A stretch of 64,000 nt of DNA from Tubulanus polymorphus. Its lineage: Eukaryota > Animalia > Nemertea. Shown here piece by piece: positions 15,001-28,152 of the stretch; the first letter of the stretch is position 1, and each line of letters starts with the position of its first letter. Below the pieces are notes generated by a model. It searched no databases. It had not been told where the DNA came from and was given only the letters and a program-made list of their open reading frames with translations. A program made the position numbers and the translations under genes. The stretch spans positions 9,734,001 through 9,798,000 of the forward strand of contig NC_134025.1 in assembly GCF_964204645.1 (NCBI RefSeq), given 5' to 3'.

Positions 15001-18000
15001 AACGAGCGAGCGTCATCAAACGCATGTGGTTGGAACTTAAGGAAATTGCGCAGGCACGAAAAGCAGGTTTAGAAGCGGCGAAACAGGTTCATTCGTTCGA
15101 TCGCGAAGCAGACGATCTCATCGAATGGATCAATGAGAAAGAAGGTATGGCTTCGTCGGACAATTACGGCCACGATCTGGAAACTGTTGAAACGCTTGTG
15201 AGGAAGCACGAAGGATTCGAACGCGATTTGGCAGCGGTCGGTGAAAAAGTTGAAAATCTTACGAAAGAATCGAAAAAACTACAAGATCATTTCACTGATA
15301 ATCGGGACGCTAAAGACCGTATTCACTCGAAACATATACAGTATATACAGGCCTGGAATACACTTCTAGACAAAGCTTCATCTCGTGGACAAAAACTCAT
15401 GAAAGCCAAGGAGTTGCAGGTTTACTTCGATGATTACCGCGAATTGTTGGCATGGTGTACTGAAATGCGCGCTAAGATAACGACGGAGAAATTTGCGCAT
15501 GATGTTCCGAGTGCGGAAGCTTTGATAAACTACCACATGGAATATAAAGCAGAGATCGATACGAGACTCGATTCGTTTGAGGCATTTACTAACACAGGAA
15601 ACAAGATTATTGCGGAAGGACATTTCTTGTCTAAAGAGATTGCCGAGAAGATCAGCCTTTTGAATATGGCTAAGGATAATCTCTTGAAAACATGGGAGAA
15701 TAGGCGTATTTTGTACGAACGACATCTCGATGTTCTTTTATTGGTTCGAGATATCGATCAAGTAAATACATTGTTGGCTTATAGAGAGGATGTCTTGAAA
15801 ACTGCAGTTGTTGGTGACTCGATCAAAAGTGTTGAGGACAACATTCGTAAACACGAAGACTTTGAGAAGGCTGCCGAAGCTTTGGAAGAGAAAATCAAGG
15901 CTATACAACGAAAAACGCTAATCGAACAAGCTTTCGAGGATCAGAAACGTAGCGAAACAAAAATGGAGATCGAGGAGAAAGAAAGGCAAGAGAAGATTGA
16001 AAAGGAGGAAAGAAAGCGTCGCGAACAGGATAAGATCTTACAGGACAGAAAACGCGACGAAAACAAACGACGCGCCCATGATGCAATCCGTCGTCGAACT
16101 ACGGAAATCAAATTGCCTCCGCACTTGCTAGAAATTGTCCCAGAACAACAACCAACATCAACTGAGAGACGAGGCAGTCTTCAAATGTAAGTGTGTAACA
16201 AGCTGTTTCATTTTACATAGACTAATTCTTACTTGCAAAGAATAGATGAATTATTGAATTTGAGTAAATTCTAATGTTCATATATATTGTTTCAGGTCGA
16301 AATCATTCAAAGATGTGAATGCTGCGCCAGACCGTCTTAGTTCAAAACAAGTCGGCAGTATCATCAATCGGTCAGTAAGCGTAAAGACAGTTCGTCCAAT
16401 TATTAAACCTAGAGATCGCGTGACAAGCGAGAACACTTCTCCGCTATCACTTGTCCCACCGAGTCAAATCGATTATAAGCCAGAATCGCCGAAACTAACC
16501 AAATCGTCTCCCGATATACAAATATTGCCTCCAAGAGCGACGATTACGGTTGACAAGGACAAAAAACCCGTGGAAGTCACTGGCGATAAAGGCGTGAAAC
16601 TCAGTGTATCAACTTCTCCACCAGTAACAGGTAAGAATTTTTTTAATGAATTTTTCTTAAGACATAGGTAAGGTCAAGAAAACCCCTGCTACTACCGAAA
16701 TAGAGTGTAATACATCTTTGAGTTGCCCATTTATTCCATTTTATGACCTGGGTAGCAATTTTCTCCCATCTATTTTCATAGATTCTCATATTTCATCCAT
16801 GTGTGTTTGGTGCTATGCTTGAATCAACATTTAATTCAGATTACATAAGTTATTCTATGTTAATATTTTTCTAGCTCCTGTGCAAGCAGCTCCTGTTTTT
16901 CCACGCGCTGAAGATGTGCCTGTACATGTTCAACACGTACAACAGCAACAGAGAAGCCCACCACCGAGATTCGACGAACCTCCGAAACCGAAGAGAGCGC
17001 TGAGTTTTCAAACGCGAACCACCACTGGCGGCTTCAAAGAAAAGCATAAACTCGTATCTGATCTTCCGCCGGTTGATTTCGAGGGATTGTTGGAGAAGAA
17101 ACAAATTCTGCAAAGCGGAAGTCGAAAGGCAGTGATTCGTTCATGGAAATATATGTATACAGTGATCTGTGGTGAATACATTTGTTTCTTCAAGGACAAG
17201 CATGGTAAGATTTCATATTCTAATTCTATTGATGATTTAATAGTAGTGATTAATATCAGGGTGAATTGACAACTTGGATAACACGCGTAATAACCATGTG
17301 CATGTAGAGGGTGGTCAGTTACAATAGAGACTACTTAGACTCCGATAACTGTTCAACTCAGATATTTTTGAAATGTATTTCTGATTCAATCTATGAAATA
17401 CTATCTAAATTGGACGATTATTCGTGGTCCAAAAGAGATTTGAGAATCAAGCAGAATCTACTTTTATTGCAATTATCATTTCTTTAATTCAGAAAAAATG
17501 ACTCAAGTTATATTCATTTTATTCATTCAGCATTTAATGAAGCGCATGCCTCAGTACCACCCTCCAGTTTACATAAAGCAGTTTGCGAAATTGCCACTGA
17601 CTATACAAAGAAAAAGAATGTGCTATCCATCAAACTACAAGATGGCTCTGAGTTTTACCTGGCTGCTGAGACTCAAACTGAGATGCTCGACTGGTCAAAA
17701 GCAATCCAAACAGCTGCAGGTATATAAGTTGTTGTCATTTCAATTTTCAATTTCGTCGCAATTCACTTTTATATTTGCATTACATGTTGTCATGGTTTAC
17801 ATCGCTTTCTGAAGTCAAGAATTTCAAAGAAACTTTCGTTTTGCCTATCTTGGTTGGTTTTTCTCATAGCGCAGTTCTTTGATGTGCTTGATGAGGTTGC
17901 CTATGTTAATTGCACTTATTTCTTTGTATGTTACATTGCCACTGGAAGGTTTCATGCTTCTAGAATCTAGTATTCAAGAAAGAGTACAGTAAAAGTTAAT

Positions 18001-19418
18001 AGTTGCGGCCAGATACTCGATCAACTGAGCCTTTTATAGACTAGTTTCAAAGTCAACTCTAAGTGTTTCTTATTTACATCATAGCTAACTATGCTGTATA
18101 ATGATGCAAATGCATAGAAGTAACTGAAAAGTCAGGAAATCAAGAATTTTCTTTGGGCTCAAGTTGATATTATCAGGCTTTTTGAAATACTCTTTCTCAA
18201 ATGCCTGCAGCTTCAAAACCTTCCAGTGAATAATTTTTCTGTTATGTTTATGATTGTTTCTTACGTGATTTGTGTTATAGCGCCACCCGTTGTTATAAAA
18301 AGACACGAGCACAAGACGACCATATCACCGCGTCTTCCATCGTCGGGTCCTCCCCCGGCAGCAGAAGACGACTCTTCATCTGACGAGGGAGAATTTTCAA
18401 CGGAGGGTTAGTCGTCCACTACTATCATTTCGTAAAATTTCATGTAAGGTTACTCCGTCATGGGGGAATTATTCCGTTCTCGCTTGATGGCAAAATATCA
18501 AGCTTTGTAGTTCGAAATAACAGCTCTAACTATGCTTCATGATGGCCGCAGTAGTAAGTAGATGTGCTGGATACTCACTGGTTTTCGTAGATCGCCACAA
18601 TTGTTAATGAGAATTAGGTAGCATAGTTTGCTATGATCTTGAAGCTAAGATGCTATCAATATCAAGTATCGGCAGTTGAAATCTATATGACTACCCACAG
18701 CAGGGTTCTTTCAGTAGCCCATTTGTTAATGAGAATTAGGTAGATAGAATAGTTTGCTATTATCATCTCAAAGCTAAGATGCTATCAATATCAAGTACTG
18801 GCAGTTGAAATCTATATGGCTTCTCAGAGTTCTCAGGGACAGCAGGGTTCTCTGAGTAGACCTAAATATGTTTCGTAAACACATTGAACATTGCATGTCT
18901 TTTTAGCTTGGCACTGGAGCAGGTTTTTATTTCCTTTTTCTGAGGGTGATGCAAATCATAAGCCTTTTTGTTAGAGGGGCATGTGTTCAAAAAAGGCATT
19001 TGGGATATTAAAAGACTACTAAGAATAGCACAGAACCTTGACATTTATAAAGATAAACCTATCCTCGTGATGCCATTTTATCGATTAAACAGGAAAATGC
19101 TTAAATTAACTCGGATTATTGAAATTCAAGTGCAATCTTTATAACGATGATCATCATATCAGGCATTGAAATTCTTATTGTTATTTTATGAGCCTCTTTT
19201 CTGCGTTATTTGCGTGTAATTAAATGCGGCGGGTGTGTTTTGATGTTTTAACAGGTGGACTGGTCGAGAAGAAAGAACGTCGTATCTCGTCATCCGGTAT
19301 CGATAGTGAAGAATACGCCGCGGCGATGGCTCGTAAAGATAAAAAAGATAAAGATAAAAAACATCATCACGGCATGTTCAAGTTCTTGAAGAAAAGAAAA
19401 GACCATGAACATGACTAA
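19..19418 (+). CDS. SPTBN5: Beta-heavy spectrin (karst/SPTBN5-like), multi-exon, 5' end outside window
   Basis: Dozens of GT-AG exons splice in frame into spectrin repeats (e.g. FQNTCDEVKDWINEK...LGRDLKGVQALLRKHQ). An SH3 domain sits in an early repeat, and a PH domain and basic tail lie at the C-terminus. Many repeats + SH3 + PH is the beta-H spectrin architecture. First visible exon 19-196; stop TAA 19416-19418. Confidence 0.93.
1289..1802 (+). CDS. SPTBN5: SH3-domain exons of beta-H spectrin (1289-1477, 1580-1802)
   Basis: VKALYPYRGQGIKVNQGE|VMTLLEKTNNDWWSIKKDNGQEGYVPAKYV: ALY.Y, WW and GYVP..YV SH3 signatures. Confidence 0.92.
8880..9041 (-). mobile_element. Short relic of the HINE-like family in a spectrin intron
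   Basis: Reverse complement starts aactaggggtccaggaacacc, matching the element 5' end at 58666, and also shares degenerate gattttg..gaacagcaatggc and gccatcttga blocks with 59698-59740. Confidence 0.55.
13677..16186 (+). CDS. SPTBN5: 2510-bp exon of beta-H spectrin (last spectrin repeats plus charged tail)
   Basis: Acceptor ttatag|GAAG at 13676/7, donor AT|gtaagt at 16186/7; 833-aa open frame of consecutive spectrin repeats. Confidence 0.93.
16875..17719 (+). CDS. SPTBN5: PH-domain exons of beta-H spectrin (16875-17204, 17531-17719)
   Basis: FEGLLEKKQ...RSWKYMYTVICG..FFKDKH|AFNE...CEIATDYTKKKNVLSIKLQDGSEFYLAAETQTEMLDWSKAI: beta-spectrin PH motifs. Confidence 0.9.
18281..19418 (+). CDS. SPTBN5: Terminal exons of beta-H spectrin (18281-18406, 19255-19418)
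   Basis: Phase-compatible splice sites; tail KDKKDKDKKHHHGMFKFLKKRK resembles beta-spectrin C-termini. Confidence 0.8.
18600..18852. repeat. Intronic tandem duplication, ~120-bp unit x2
   Basis: ttgttaatgagaattaggtag...aagctaagatgctatcaatatcaagta...ggcagttgaaatctatatg...acagcagggttct occurs twice. Confidence 0.85.
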
Positions 19419-19660
19419 ATTTTACTAGTTTTTCACCTCATACACTCCCTTCCTTGATTTTATTACTTGTTTAAAGTTGTTTAAGTGGCCAACGATTGAA
19501 CTATTGACGCTGGAAAAATTCACCATTAGTCCCTTTTGGGTATTGTATCCCTGAATCTTTTATTCACAAATATTCACAGGTTAGTAATGTAGTATTGCAG
19601 TGAAAGCCAAATCTCTTTGAAGCCTTATGTATTAAAAAACCCAGTTCCAGTATTCAAATA

Positions 19661-19834
19661 CAGTAGAACCCGCTTAATTTGGATCATTCGAGACAAACAA
19701 AATTCATCCGGTTGACGGGGAAATCGAAAATGTAAGTCTTTTTCTTGTATGTTAATGAACCAATGGACTGCGAATAATGCCCAGATTAGACCAAAATCCG
19801 GATTAAGTCGATCCTGATTTAGCGGGTTTGACTA
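19661..19834. mobile_element. pogo/Tigger-like MITE in spectrin 3' region
   Basis: TA|cagtagaacccgcttaat ... atttagcgggtttgacta imperfect TIRs. Confidence 0.6.
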
Positions 19835-22573
19835 CTTAAATTAATGTTTGGCAAACAATTCTATATATGTTACACAGTTTAGGTAACTTACATGTTGATA
19901 GGCAAGTGTCGGTTTGTCATATTTGTGTAACTCTTCCATCTCTCGAAGAACTGCAGTACGTTAGATTTGTATGAAATGTGCGAAAATGATTTGCTCGCTT
20001 ACCGTATAAATCTCATGATAGCATCAATATTTATTTAACTATTGCCTTTCATTTAGAATTGTAAATTTTTCATGTAGATATATATTTACCTATGAGGTCA
20101 ACGTGCGATAATTTTTAGTAATTACGTAACGTATTTATCGAACTTTATAATAATAGATATGGAAAGGATGCCGCATCCAAGATCCTTTCGTATGCTTTCA
20201 TGCTCTAAGTATTTTATAATGTAAATGCATGTAGAATTTAAGGCCATTGCAAACGTATTTTTTGTCTTAGGTAGCGTTATTGTAGACGCCGTCGATCTAT
20301 GAGCTCAATACATAAAACATGAAATATTTTACTACTTCAGCTTGAGGTAGCTGTGTCAATCTATAATTACCAATGTTCTATTATCACGCGAACAACGAAA
20401 TTCAGCCACTCCGCTTGTTTTTACAGTCGAGTCTTCGTGAATGGTCTCGAGATTAGAGATCATAACATGATTCTTCACTGTGTGGACATGATATGTAACA
20501 TAAAAGGGTACAATTTACGATTTTCTATAGAGCGAAATACATTTAGATCCTGTTCCGTCTGATCGATTTTGAATCATTAATTTTGTCAAATTCATGATAA
20601 TTCATGAATGACAACACGGAACGGAGAAAGTGAATACCTACAATACGAAACGTGTGGACATCGTTTCTTAAGTTTTTGTGTATTGTCTTCGATGGTTAAA
20701 CGGTTTCATTTGTAGCTCATCATTCAAGTTAAACCCATTTGTTCATTGTTTTAGGGTGATGTGTATTTTAAAAACAAGTTGCAGTTGACTATTTGAAGAG
20801 TTTCTTTTTTTATTTTCTGCATTTGTATAAGAGTTGATCGTCTAAATACTCAATATTATCATTCCCGAGCCAACAAGCCAGAACTTCATAATTCCAGTAT
20901 GGTCTTTCAAAAAATACATATATAGTTATCTTTTCTATGAATTTTCCAAATGATTGACGTACTCAGAATGGTTACGTGTATTTCTTAATCACTCCCTCCA
21001 GAGAATGGTGCTTATAATCGTAAAAATGTCAAAATTTAGATTAGACTCTGCCGGCCTAATTCAGTTGAGTTGGATAGGGTCCTACATACCTCCACTGAGC
21101 TAAGAATTAAAATGGTTGGTCCCTGGTAAACGTATAGTTCTGTAAACTTAGGACTTCGGGTATTATTTTGTTTCGGTCACAATCAGTTGAAAAAGAAGTA
21201 CAATGTACGTGTATATAAATGAAAATACAGAGGGTCTATTTAGTAAACCGTCTGATGCATTCCATGCCAATAGAAAATGCGGGACCAACATTTTAGATGA
21301 TTTTATTTGTACGTTTATTACAGCTTCAGAGTAAAGGTGCTTTTTATGTAGGTAGTTACTGCATGGGCTGCTTAAATAGTCCATGGTTTGTGGGAGTATT
21401 GATACGTGTGAACACCTAAAGCGACAAAATACATGTACTTACATACACTATCCAAATATAGGGCGGCTTAAAAGTGATTTGTTATATGAAAAAATAACAC
21501 CCGAATGATAATCACAAGCCATTATTACGTACGCGTGGATGGCTATGGATTTAAGGTTTTGTTAAGATATAGTATATCAAATATTTGTATTTTTATTAGA
21601 ATTGAATCATTAAGTAAAATAAACAATATGTATGCTTTTAATCCAATCCAATTGCTGTCGTTGTTAATCGTCTCTTTAATAGAAAATCCATGCAGTAGTG
21701 TTTGAGGAGAAACCTCGTCTGCGATGTACCCGGTTGTCGACAACTATGCACTTCGGATTTCAGGACCGCGGTCAACACGAACCAAAAGGACTTCACATCA
21801 ACATCTACCATAGTCGGAATGTAGGCTCTTCGATTTCAATTAAAAATTCATTTGGTTATAAGGGACAGAATGATGAAAAATTGCTAAATATTGCCACGTA
21901 TTTGTTCCAGATTACGTAACATTTATGTCTGAATGAAGTTCAGGCAATGCCTAGTTCTGAAGGCGTCTCGATCGGACAACCCCTGTGGACTCCCGCGAAA
22001 TAACCAGTTTAGTTCGAAACCCAAATATCAAAGATATGCCTTGGTCAACGTCAAAGAACGGGCAAAGGCCGTTGTCGTCCCCTGATTTAATGATTGGTTT
22101 CGATGTAGGCCTATAAAGGAGCTATATTCTATACTAAAATGTGTTTTTTTCTGACGCCGTATAAAATCCGCATTTACATTGATATATTGATGACGACTAA
22201 GCGTTTATTTCAAGAGGTACTGTACACCACACTATTTACGTCATAATTTTGATGTTTCAATAAAACACTTACCATTAGGATCACATGAAAAATCATTGAA
22301 CAGAAAGTTGAATTGTGAAATTTCATTTAATTCTTCATGAAATTAATATGGTGTTATTCATTGTCGTCAATATTTAGCAATATACATTATATCCATTATT
22401 TTTCAGGGCGTCAATAAACTTTTAAGTTAGCTTTTCTTATTTCTGTTGTATGTTACAAAATTATCAACCACACAGATCAAATTGACACAAAATGTGTACT
22501 GGTACAGAATCTCCAAATACGGGCGGATGTTCTATCTAAAACAGCCCCTTATACAGTTGACTTCCCCAGAAAG

Positions 22574-23602
22574 TTACTTAATTGTTTTTACTGTGAAACT
22601 GAACATTGCCCTAAGATGAAATTTGAAATAAGGTAGTCGTATTACATAAACTGGAAAATTTACAGTATAATTGAATATGTTGATGTATGTACATAACCAG
22701 TATAAGTCTAACAAGTTGTTCATGTCCTGATTGCTGACCAAATGTGGATTTTGTACAACGAAATATCCATATATCAATCCTGATACAAGTGGCAATGTAA
22801 ACAGTATGAAAATTGTTGAGACAACTATAAGCGTTACGCTGATGACTTTTTCTTGTCGTTTTATCGAAGTACTGCCGTCGTCGCCTTTCCATCGAGCGCT
22901 GAGCAACGCGTAGCAGATGAAGATGTTAACTATAAAAAGAATGAATGTTGGGACGAAATAATATCCAAATAGAGGGACCATAAACGTTATGGCATAGATA
23001 AGCTTTGGATTTATTGAGCGGTTCTCGGTACATACTAAAGTCTTACCTACTGTCGCGAATTCTGGAGCTACTTCGTACATGAAAATTTCGCGGATCTCCA
23101 AAAACGCCACGAATAAACTCAAGCCACTCAAAAATATCAATCGCGATCGCGTCTCTATTAGATGACGTTTTAGGAATAACGGAAATCTAATCACAATGAA
23201 TCGCTCAATGGTCATAGTCATCGTCACTAATGCCGAAAGCGATAAAGAGAATCCATTCAAGTAATAAGTGAATTTACAAGTGAAATTATTCAACCCAACT
23301 ACATCGAAAGCGTATCGGCGATTGGTTATAGATGATAGACCCCGATCAAACCAAAACAGAACATTGACAAAGATAATCAGCAAGTCGATGATTGCCAGGT
23401 AACATAGGTAGATGACGCCTGGTTTGGCGAAGTCGTGGTGTCGCGTAAAGACCATCACCGTCAAGATATTGCCTACCAAACCGAACAGCAGCACTGGCAA
23501 ATAAAGATAACGCTCAAAACATGTAGTGACTACGTGTACATAGTCAAGTCCATTAAAACGGTTGTCTACAATAGCAACCGCCACATCGGTCGTATTATTC
23601 AT
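22574..23602 (-). CDS. Intronless rhodopsin-class (peptide-receptor-like) GPCR, 342 aa
   Basis: ATG at 23602 (MNNTT, N-glycan site); GLVGN in TM1, LAIIDL in TM2, Cys at top of TM3, IERFIVIRFP, F..P in TM6, NFPVY in TM7. Confidence 0.9.
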   Translation of the reverse strand: MNNTTDVAVAIVDNRFNGLDYVHVVTTCFERYLYLPVLLFGLVGNILTVMVFTRHHDFAKPGVIYLCYLAIIDLLIIFVNVLFWFDRGLSSITNRRYAFDVVGLNNFTCKFTYYLNGFSLSLSALVTMTMTIERFIVIRFPLFLKRHLIETRSRLIFLSGLSLFVAFLEIREIFMYEVAPEFATVGKTLVCTENRSINPKLIYAITFMVPLFGYYFVPTFILFIVNIFICYALLSARWKGDDGSTSIKRQEKVISVTLIVVSTIFILFTLPLVSGLIYGYFVVQNPHLVSNQDMNNLLDLYWLCTYINIFNYTVNFPVYVIRLPYFKFHLRAMFSFTVKTIK

Positions 23603-24643
23603 AGTCAAAATCTATTTGACTATTCACAAAATGCCTTATTCAGATTCACAACACAGATTTATTAGATAATAACAATAGATAAGCACAGAAACTATCATAC
23701 ATATAAATACAGTTTATTCAAAACACGAAACAAATAATCAATTCAGTCTTGAATAGACTAATACATATTCTTCATTACATATCTGCAACAACCGTATCCT
23801 TGCAAAAACCTTATGTTATTCACTTTATCATAGATGCTTTAGACCGTTTTGTAATTTGAATACTGTCTATTTCGAGTTCATGCTATCCAACAGCAATTAT
23901 ACTATTCTGATATTTGAGATATATGCAGTCTTGTGAAAGTTCTATGTTAATCATTTTGACATTGATTGGCCACTTTGGTCAAAAGGGTATGTGGAATCTG
24001 GATCTCGATAATCTGGCGAGTTTAGGATCAAGATGAGAGTGGGAGTCGCATTCGATTAGCGAATACTGGACAAATATAATCTTTAAGGTTTTTAACGGAA
24101 AGAAAATTCATTGCCTAAAGAAGGTGACAACATTTCCTCATACGAATGCGTGATATGACACGGTTTTATTACGTATAATGATTATCGGTTTGGATAAATG
24201 TTGGTTGGTAATAAAGGAAGTATATGGTGGGTGGGATCATGGTAGCCATTCCGAACAGGAACGAACGAATGGTATATGCTTTGCCTTTGTTTATTTTTTG
24301 ATGATCAAATGATTGGAAATTGGTTGGTGCTTAAATCGTCTGTATTGGTCCCATGCGTTGACAACCTTCTAAATTTTCGTCAAAAATTTTTGCAATAACG
24401 TCCTGAAAAATGCCACCACACCACACCTCCAAAAATTAGTCTATATCTTTTAATGCAGATTGAATAGCCACAATTTTTTCAGAGTATTCATTCATCCAAT
24501 CAAATTGATGCCGGAATTGATGACGTAATATTGTAAACGGAGTTATAAGGGGAATCAACATACAACATTCTAAAACATTTCCAGTCGCTATAGAAGAAGC
24601 ACTAAATTCTCATAGATTTTTTGTCGAAGTACGTGTGTGTCTT

Positions 24644-27133
24644 TCATAATTTTCGCGTTTTGCTAAAAGCTGTAAATGAAATGAGCCAGTCCGACAGTAT
24701 GCAACGCACTTCTTTATTGATAATGACATAGATGAGGAAGTTGACGCTATAGTTGACGTCCCACGCCATCCGAGTAAAGTTTTCGTAGACGAATTTAAAC
24801 CACATATGCGCAATCTGATGATCCTCGATTCTCGACATCGTCAATGTCGCGATGCAGTTTGGCAAAAGACAAATGGCGAAAACCGACGCGACGAGTATCA
24901 ACATTTTGGTGACTTTGTCGGAAGTGGTTTTCTGAAGATTTCTCAACTGGACGGAGTTGTTGTTGTCGGCCGGCATGCGCCGACGAGTTAAAACAATTAT
25001 GATAGTGATTGCGCATATGCACGTAATGAGAAGCGGCAGAATCGCGTGAAAAAATGATATGATCAGAAACGACACGAATTTTCCGTGGCGCGTCGCTACG
25101 CAGCCTCTGTCGGACTCGTAGTAGTAATTGAGGACGATGTTGAACGGGTTGACTAAAATTGCACTCGCTAATAACAACAGACTTACTACAGTTTTCGCCG
25201 TCTTTCGTGTGCATACACGTCTCGCCGTGAATGGATACAATACGACGATAAATCGTTCAATGGAGATAACCATTATCAACAAACTGCTGTATACGTTGCA
25301 CGTAAACATTATATAAATTGCTGAAATACAAGTCGATCTATTGTCAAAAGTTATTAAAACCGACTTACCAAACCAAGCGGCAAATAGGTTGACCAAAAAA
25401 GAAAGTCTCTGGAACAAATTAAGCATATCTGAGATCGAGAGTGCGGCGAGATAGACGCTGTAAGAATGTCGACGCATTTTACGTGAAACCATGACGAGAA
25501 AAGATATGGCATTGCCAATCAGTCCACTTACAACGACCACTGATAAAAAACACATGTGGAAGCATGCTTTCCACGGTACCGCGGCGAACGCTTATGGGCG
25601 GCCATTCCCGCCAAAAATCAGCGTTTCGTCTATTTGTCTGTACTTTGACAAAATGTCATAGTACACCGCCAAAATGTGTAAGCGTAACGTCAAATTGTGT
25701 AATGCGGCTAAATAACACAGGGGGGCGACACTGTACGGACAGTATTTTGCGGTATTTTTCTCGCTTTGCGATCATCTCAAGGTCGTCTCATTGAAATAAT
25801 TTTGCGAGTATCAAATCGACAAATCGTATCATATTCCCTAAACCCAATAAAATGAATTTATTATTACTTTATTAGTTAACTCGGAACTCATAAACTCAAG
25901 ATGTCGTCTCAGGTATGGAGGCCATATATGGAAGCCCTGAGACGACACCTTGGGTTCATGAGTTCCCAAGTTCATAACTTCCAGAGTTTATGATATTTCT
26001 TCACCCAGCACTGGCAGTGGTTGTCTCCACCAGTGATGTCCGTCGCTCTACGATCCTAGTGTAACCAACTGTGGTACAACTGTGGTACATCAGACACTAA
26101 GATTCTTGGTGAAGATATTTCGAGTTTATTTGGGCATGTACAACACTATGAAATTATGCGAGAGAATCCTATTATAAGGATGTTAAATCCGATTACGTCA
26201 TGAATTAACTAAAAAAATGATGTCCAGCATCAACCAAGACTGGTTGACTGTGCCCAATTCTGCACTGGCAGTCATATGAAGTCGACCGGCAACCAGTCTA
26301 TCATCAGACATCAGCTTTCTTAATGGTTTATAGAAAATAAATAGATGTTTAAAAATTTCTCATAACGAGCGTTTGTTATCTTTTTCATCATTAAAACCTG
26401 AGCAGATTCATCGAGAGTCACCGGTTAATCGGAGTCACTCTTCTCTCTAGCCCGCGCACAGAAAATCCGAGCTACCTACCAGAGGAGGAACGGAGGCGCC
26501 CTTCAACATACCATTAATCGCTGGTTATTCAGTGTCGTCTGAGCCTGAGACCCGGGTCTTTGATAGAGCATCGTGTTTACATTCGACGTTTCGGTATCGC
26601 AGGCTTTTTTCATTAGACGAACTCATGAACTTGAGAACTCAGGAAGTTATGAACTCGGAACTCATGAACTCAAGATGTCGTCTCAGGGCTTCCATAGGTT
26701 TACGGCAAAGTATTTACTTCCGCTATTTTACCGTACATTATTACTATATATTATAGTATTAACAAACTAAAGTAACAATAAAATCATTTTATTGGGTTTG
26801 GGGAATATGATACGATTTGTCGATTTGATACTCGCAAAATTATTTCAATAAAACGACCTTGAGATGATCGCAATGCGAGAAGATATACCGCAAAATACTG
26901 TCCGTACAGTGTCGCCCTCCTGTGTTATTTAGCCGCATTACACAATTTGACGTTACGCTAACACATTTTGGCGGTGTACTATGACATTTTGTCGAAGTAC
27001 AGAAAAATAGACGAAACGCTGATTTTTGGCGGGAATGGCCGCCCATAAACGCTATCGCGTCGTAAACGATGTAATCATAAAATAGAAGAGACTCTTTCTC
27101 CACAATCGTAGACGCGTTTTCGAACGAAGACAT
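24644..27133 (-). pseudogene. Intronless rhodopsin-class GPCR interrupted by a transposon (residual ORF 24644-25555, 303 aa)
   Basis: GLIGN, LSISD, IERFIVVLYP, CLLP and NFLIY motifs. Removing 25593-27047 and one TSD joins MSSFENASTIVEKESLLFYDYIVYDAIA in frame to FAAVPWKACFHMCFLSVV... (342 aa). Confidence 0.85.
25593..27047. mobile_element. Non-autonomous IS3EU-like DNA transposon (1455 bp)
   Basis: ~275-bp TIRs beginning TATGGGCGGCCATTCCCG and ending CGGGAATGGCCGCCCATA; 6-bp TSD AACGCT at 25587-25592 and 27048-27053. TAY..RTA termini with a 6-bp TSD are the IS3EU signature. No transposase ORF. Confidence 0.85.
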
Positions 27134-28152
27134 GAGTTTACTAGCGCGTTTCAAATTTGGCGACCGCTGCGATGAAACTGAACGATAACAGAATTAGAAT
27201 GACACTAACAGATGAACTTTCTGTAAACCTTCGGTGAACCTTTGCGTGAAATGAAATTTAATCAAATCTAAAGGCTTATAAATAATAAAAAGACCGACTG
27301 CGCGCTTTAAATTGATTTTCATGTTAAGATTGATAAACCCCGGAAGAGCAACACACGAGGATATTACGACTGGGAAAATTCCATTCAGGCATCACTTAAC
27401 GTCGTGAATATGTGTGTGCATTTTTCGATCTTTCATTATGAAATTATATTCAAATGTTACTGTCATATGGTTTCGTATACTCTAATATTTTAAAAGGCTC
27501 ACTCTCGGCTCTGTCATTTTTTCACCAATATAATCATCTTGACTTTCTAAAAAAGGAATATAATGGCTTTTCCTTATTGGAGGTGTTCCTGGTTCCCGGT
27601 TGGAGCTAACTGGAATAAGTATAAGTTATTTCATATATACGATTCAAAGCCAAAACGACTTCTTTTTCAACCTCTTAAAAATTCAATTTGTAAAGATATT
27701 GAATAAAAGTTATTCCACCCTCGCATATAAAAAGCTGTGGCCTATTAATGTTTTTGTTTTACTTTGATCTTCTTTTTTTAAAGAAATTTTGATACTTATC
27801 TATTGAAATATTTTTAGCTTCGCGTAGACATATACAATGAGCACAGATAATAATTTCTATTAATACAGTATAGTACAGTGCAGTACAGGAACAAAAACAA
27901 AGCAACTTTGAAGTCAATACATTTTCATACGATGTTGAATATACAAGGACAGTTTAAAGATGAGTTTTTTTCTAGCAAAGATAGTTCGCATCGTAATTAG
28001 ATCGGAGATCTTTTGCAATCCAAATGCCGGATGGTATAGTACTGGTGTTATGCCGGCTGTACGAATCACCGACAGTGAACGCAGTGCAACGAGCCATACG
28101 CGACTTGTTTTAGATTGCCATGACGTCGTCGGCCTCCTCATTAATCTGCTAT

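Noticed and set aside
26580-26622. Penelope-like hammerhead on the minus strand (ctaatgaa...cgaaacgtcga)
   Set aside because: Core is CUAAUGA rather than CUGAUGA and stems I/II do not pair convincingly; at best a dead relic
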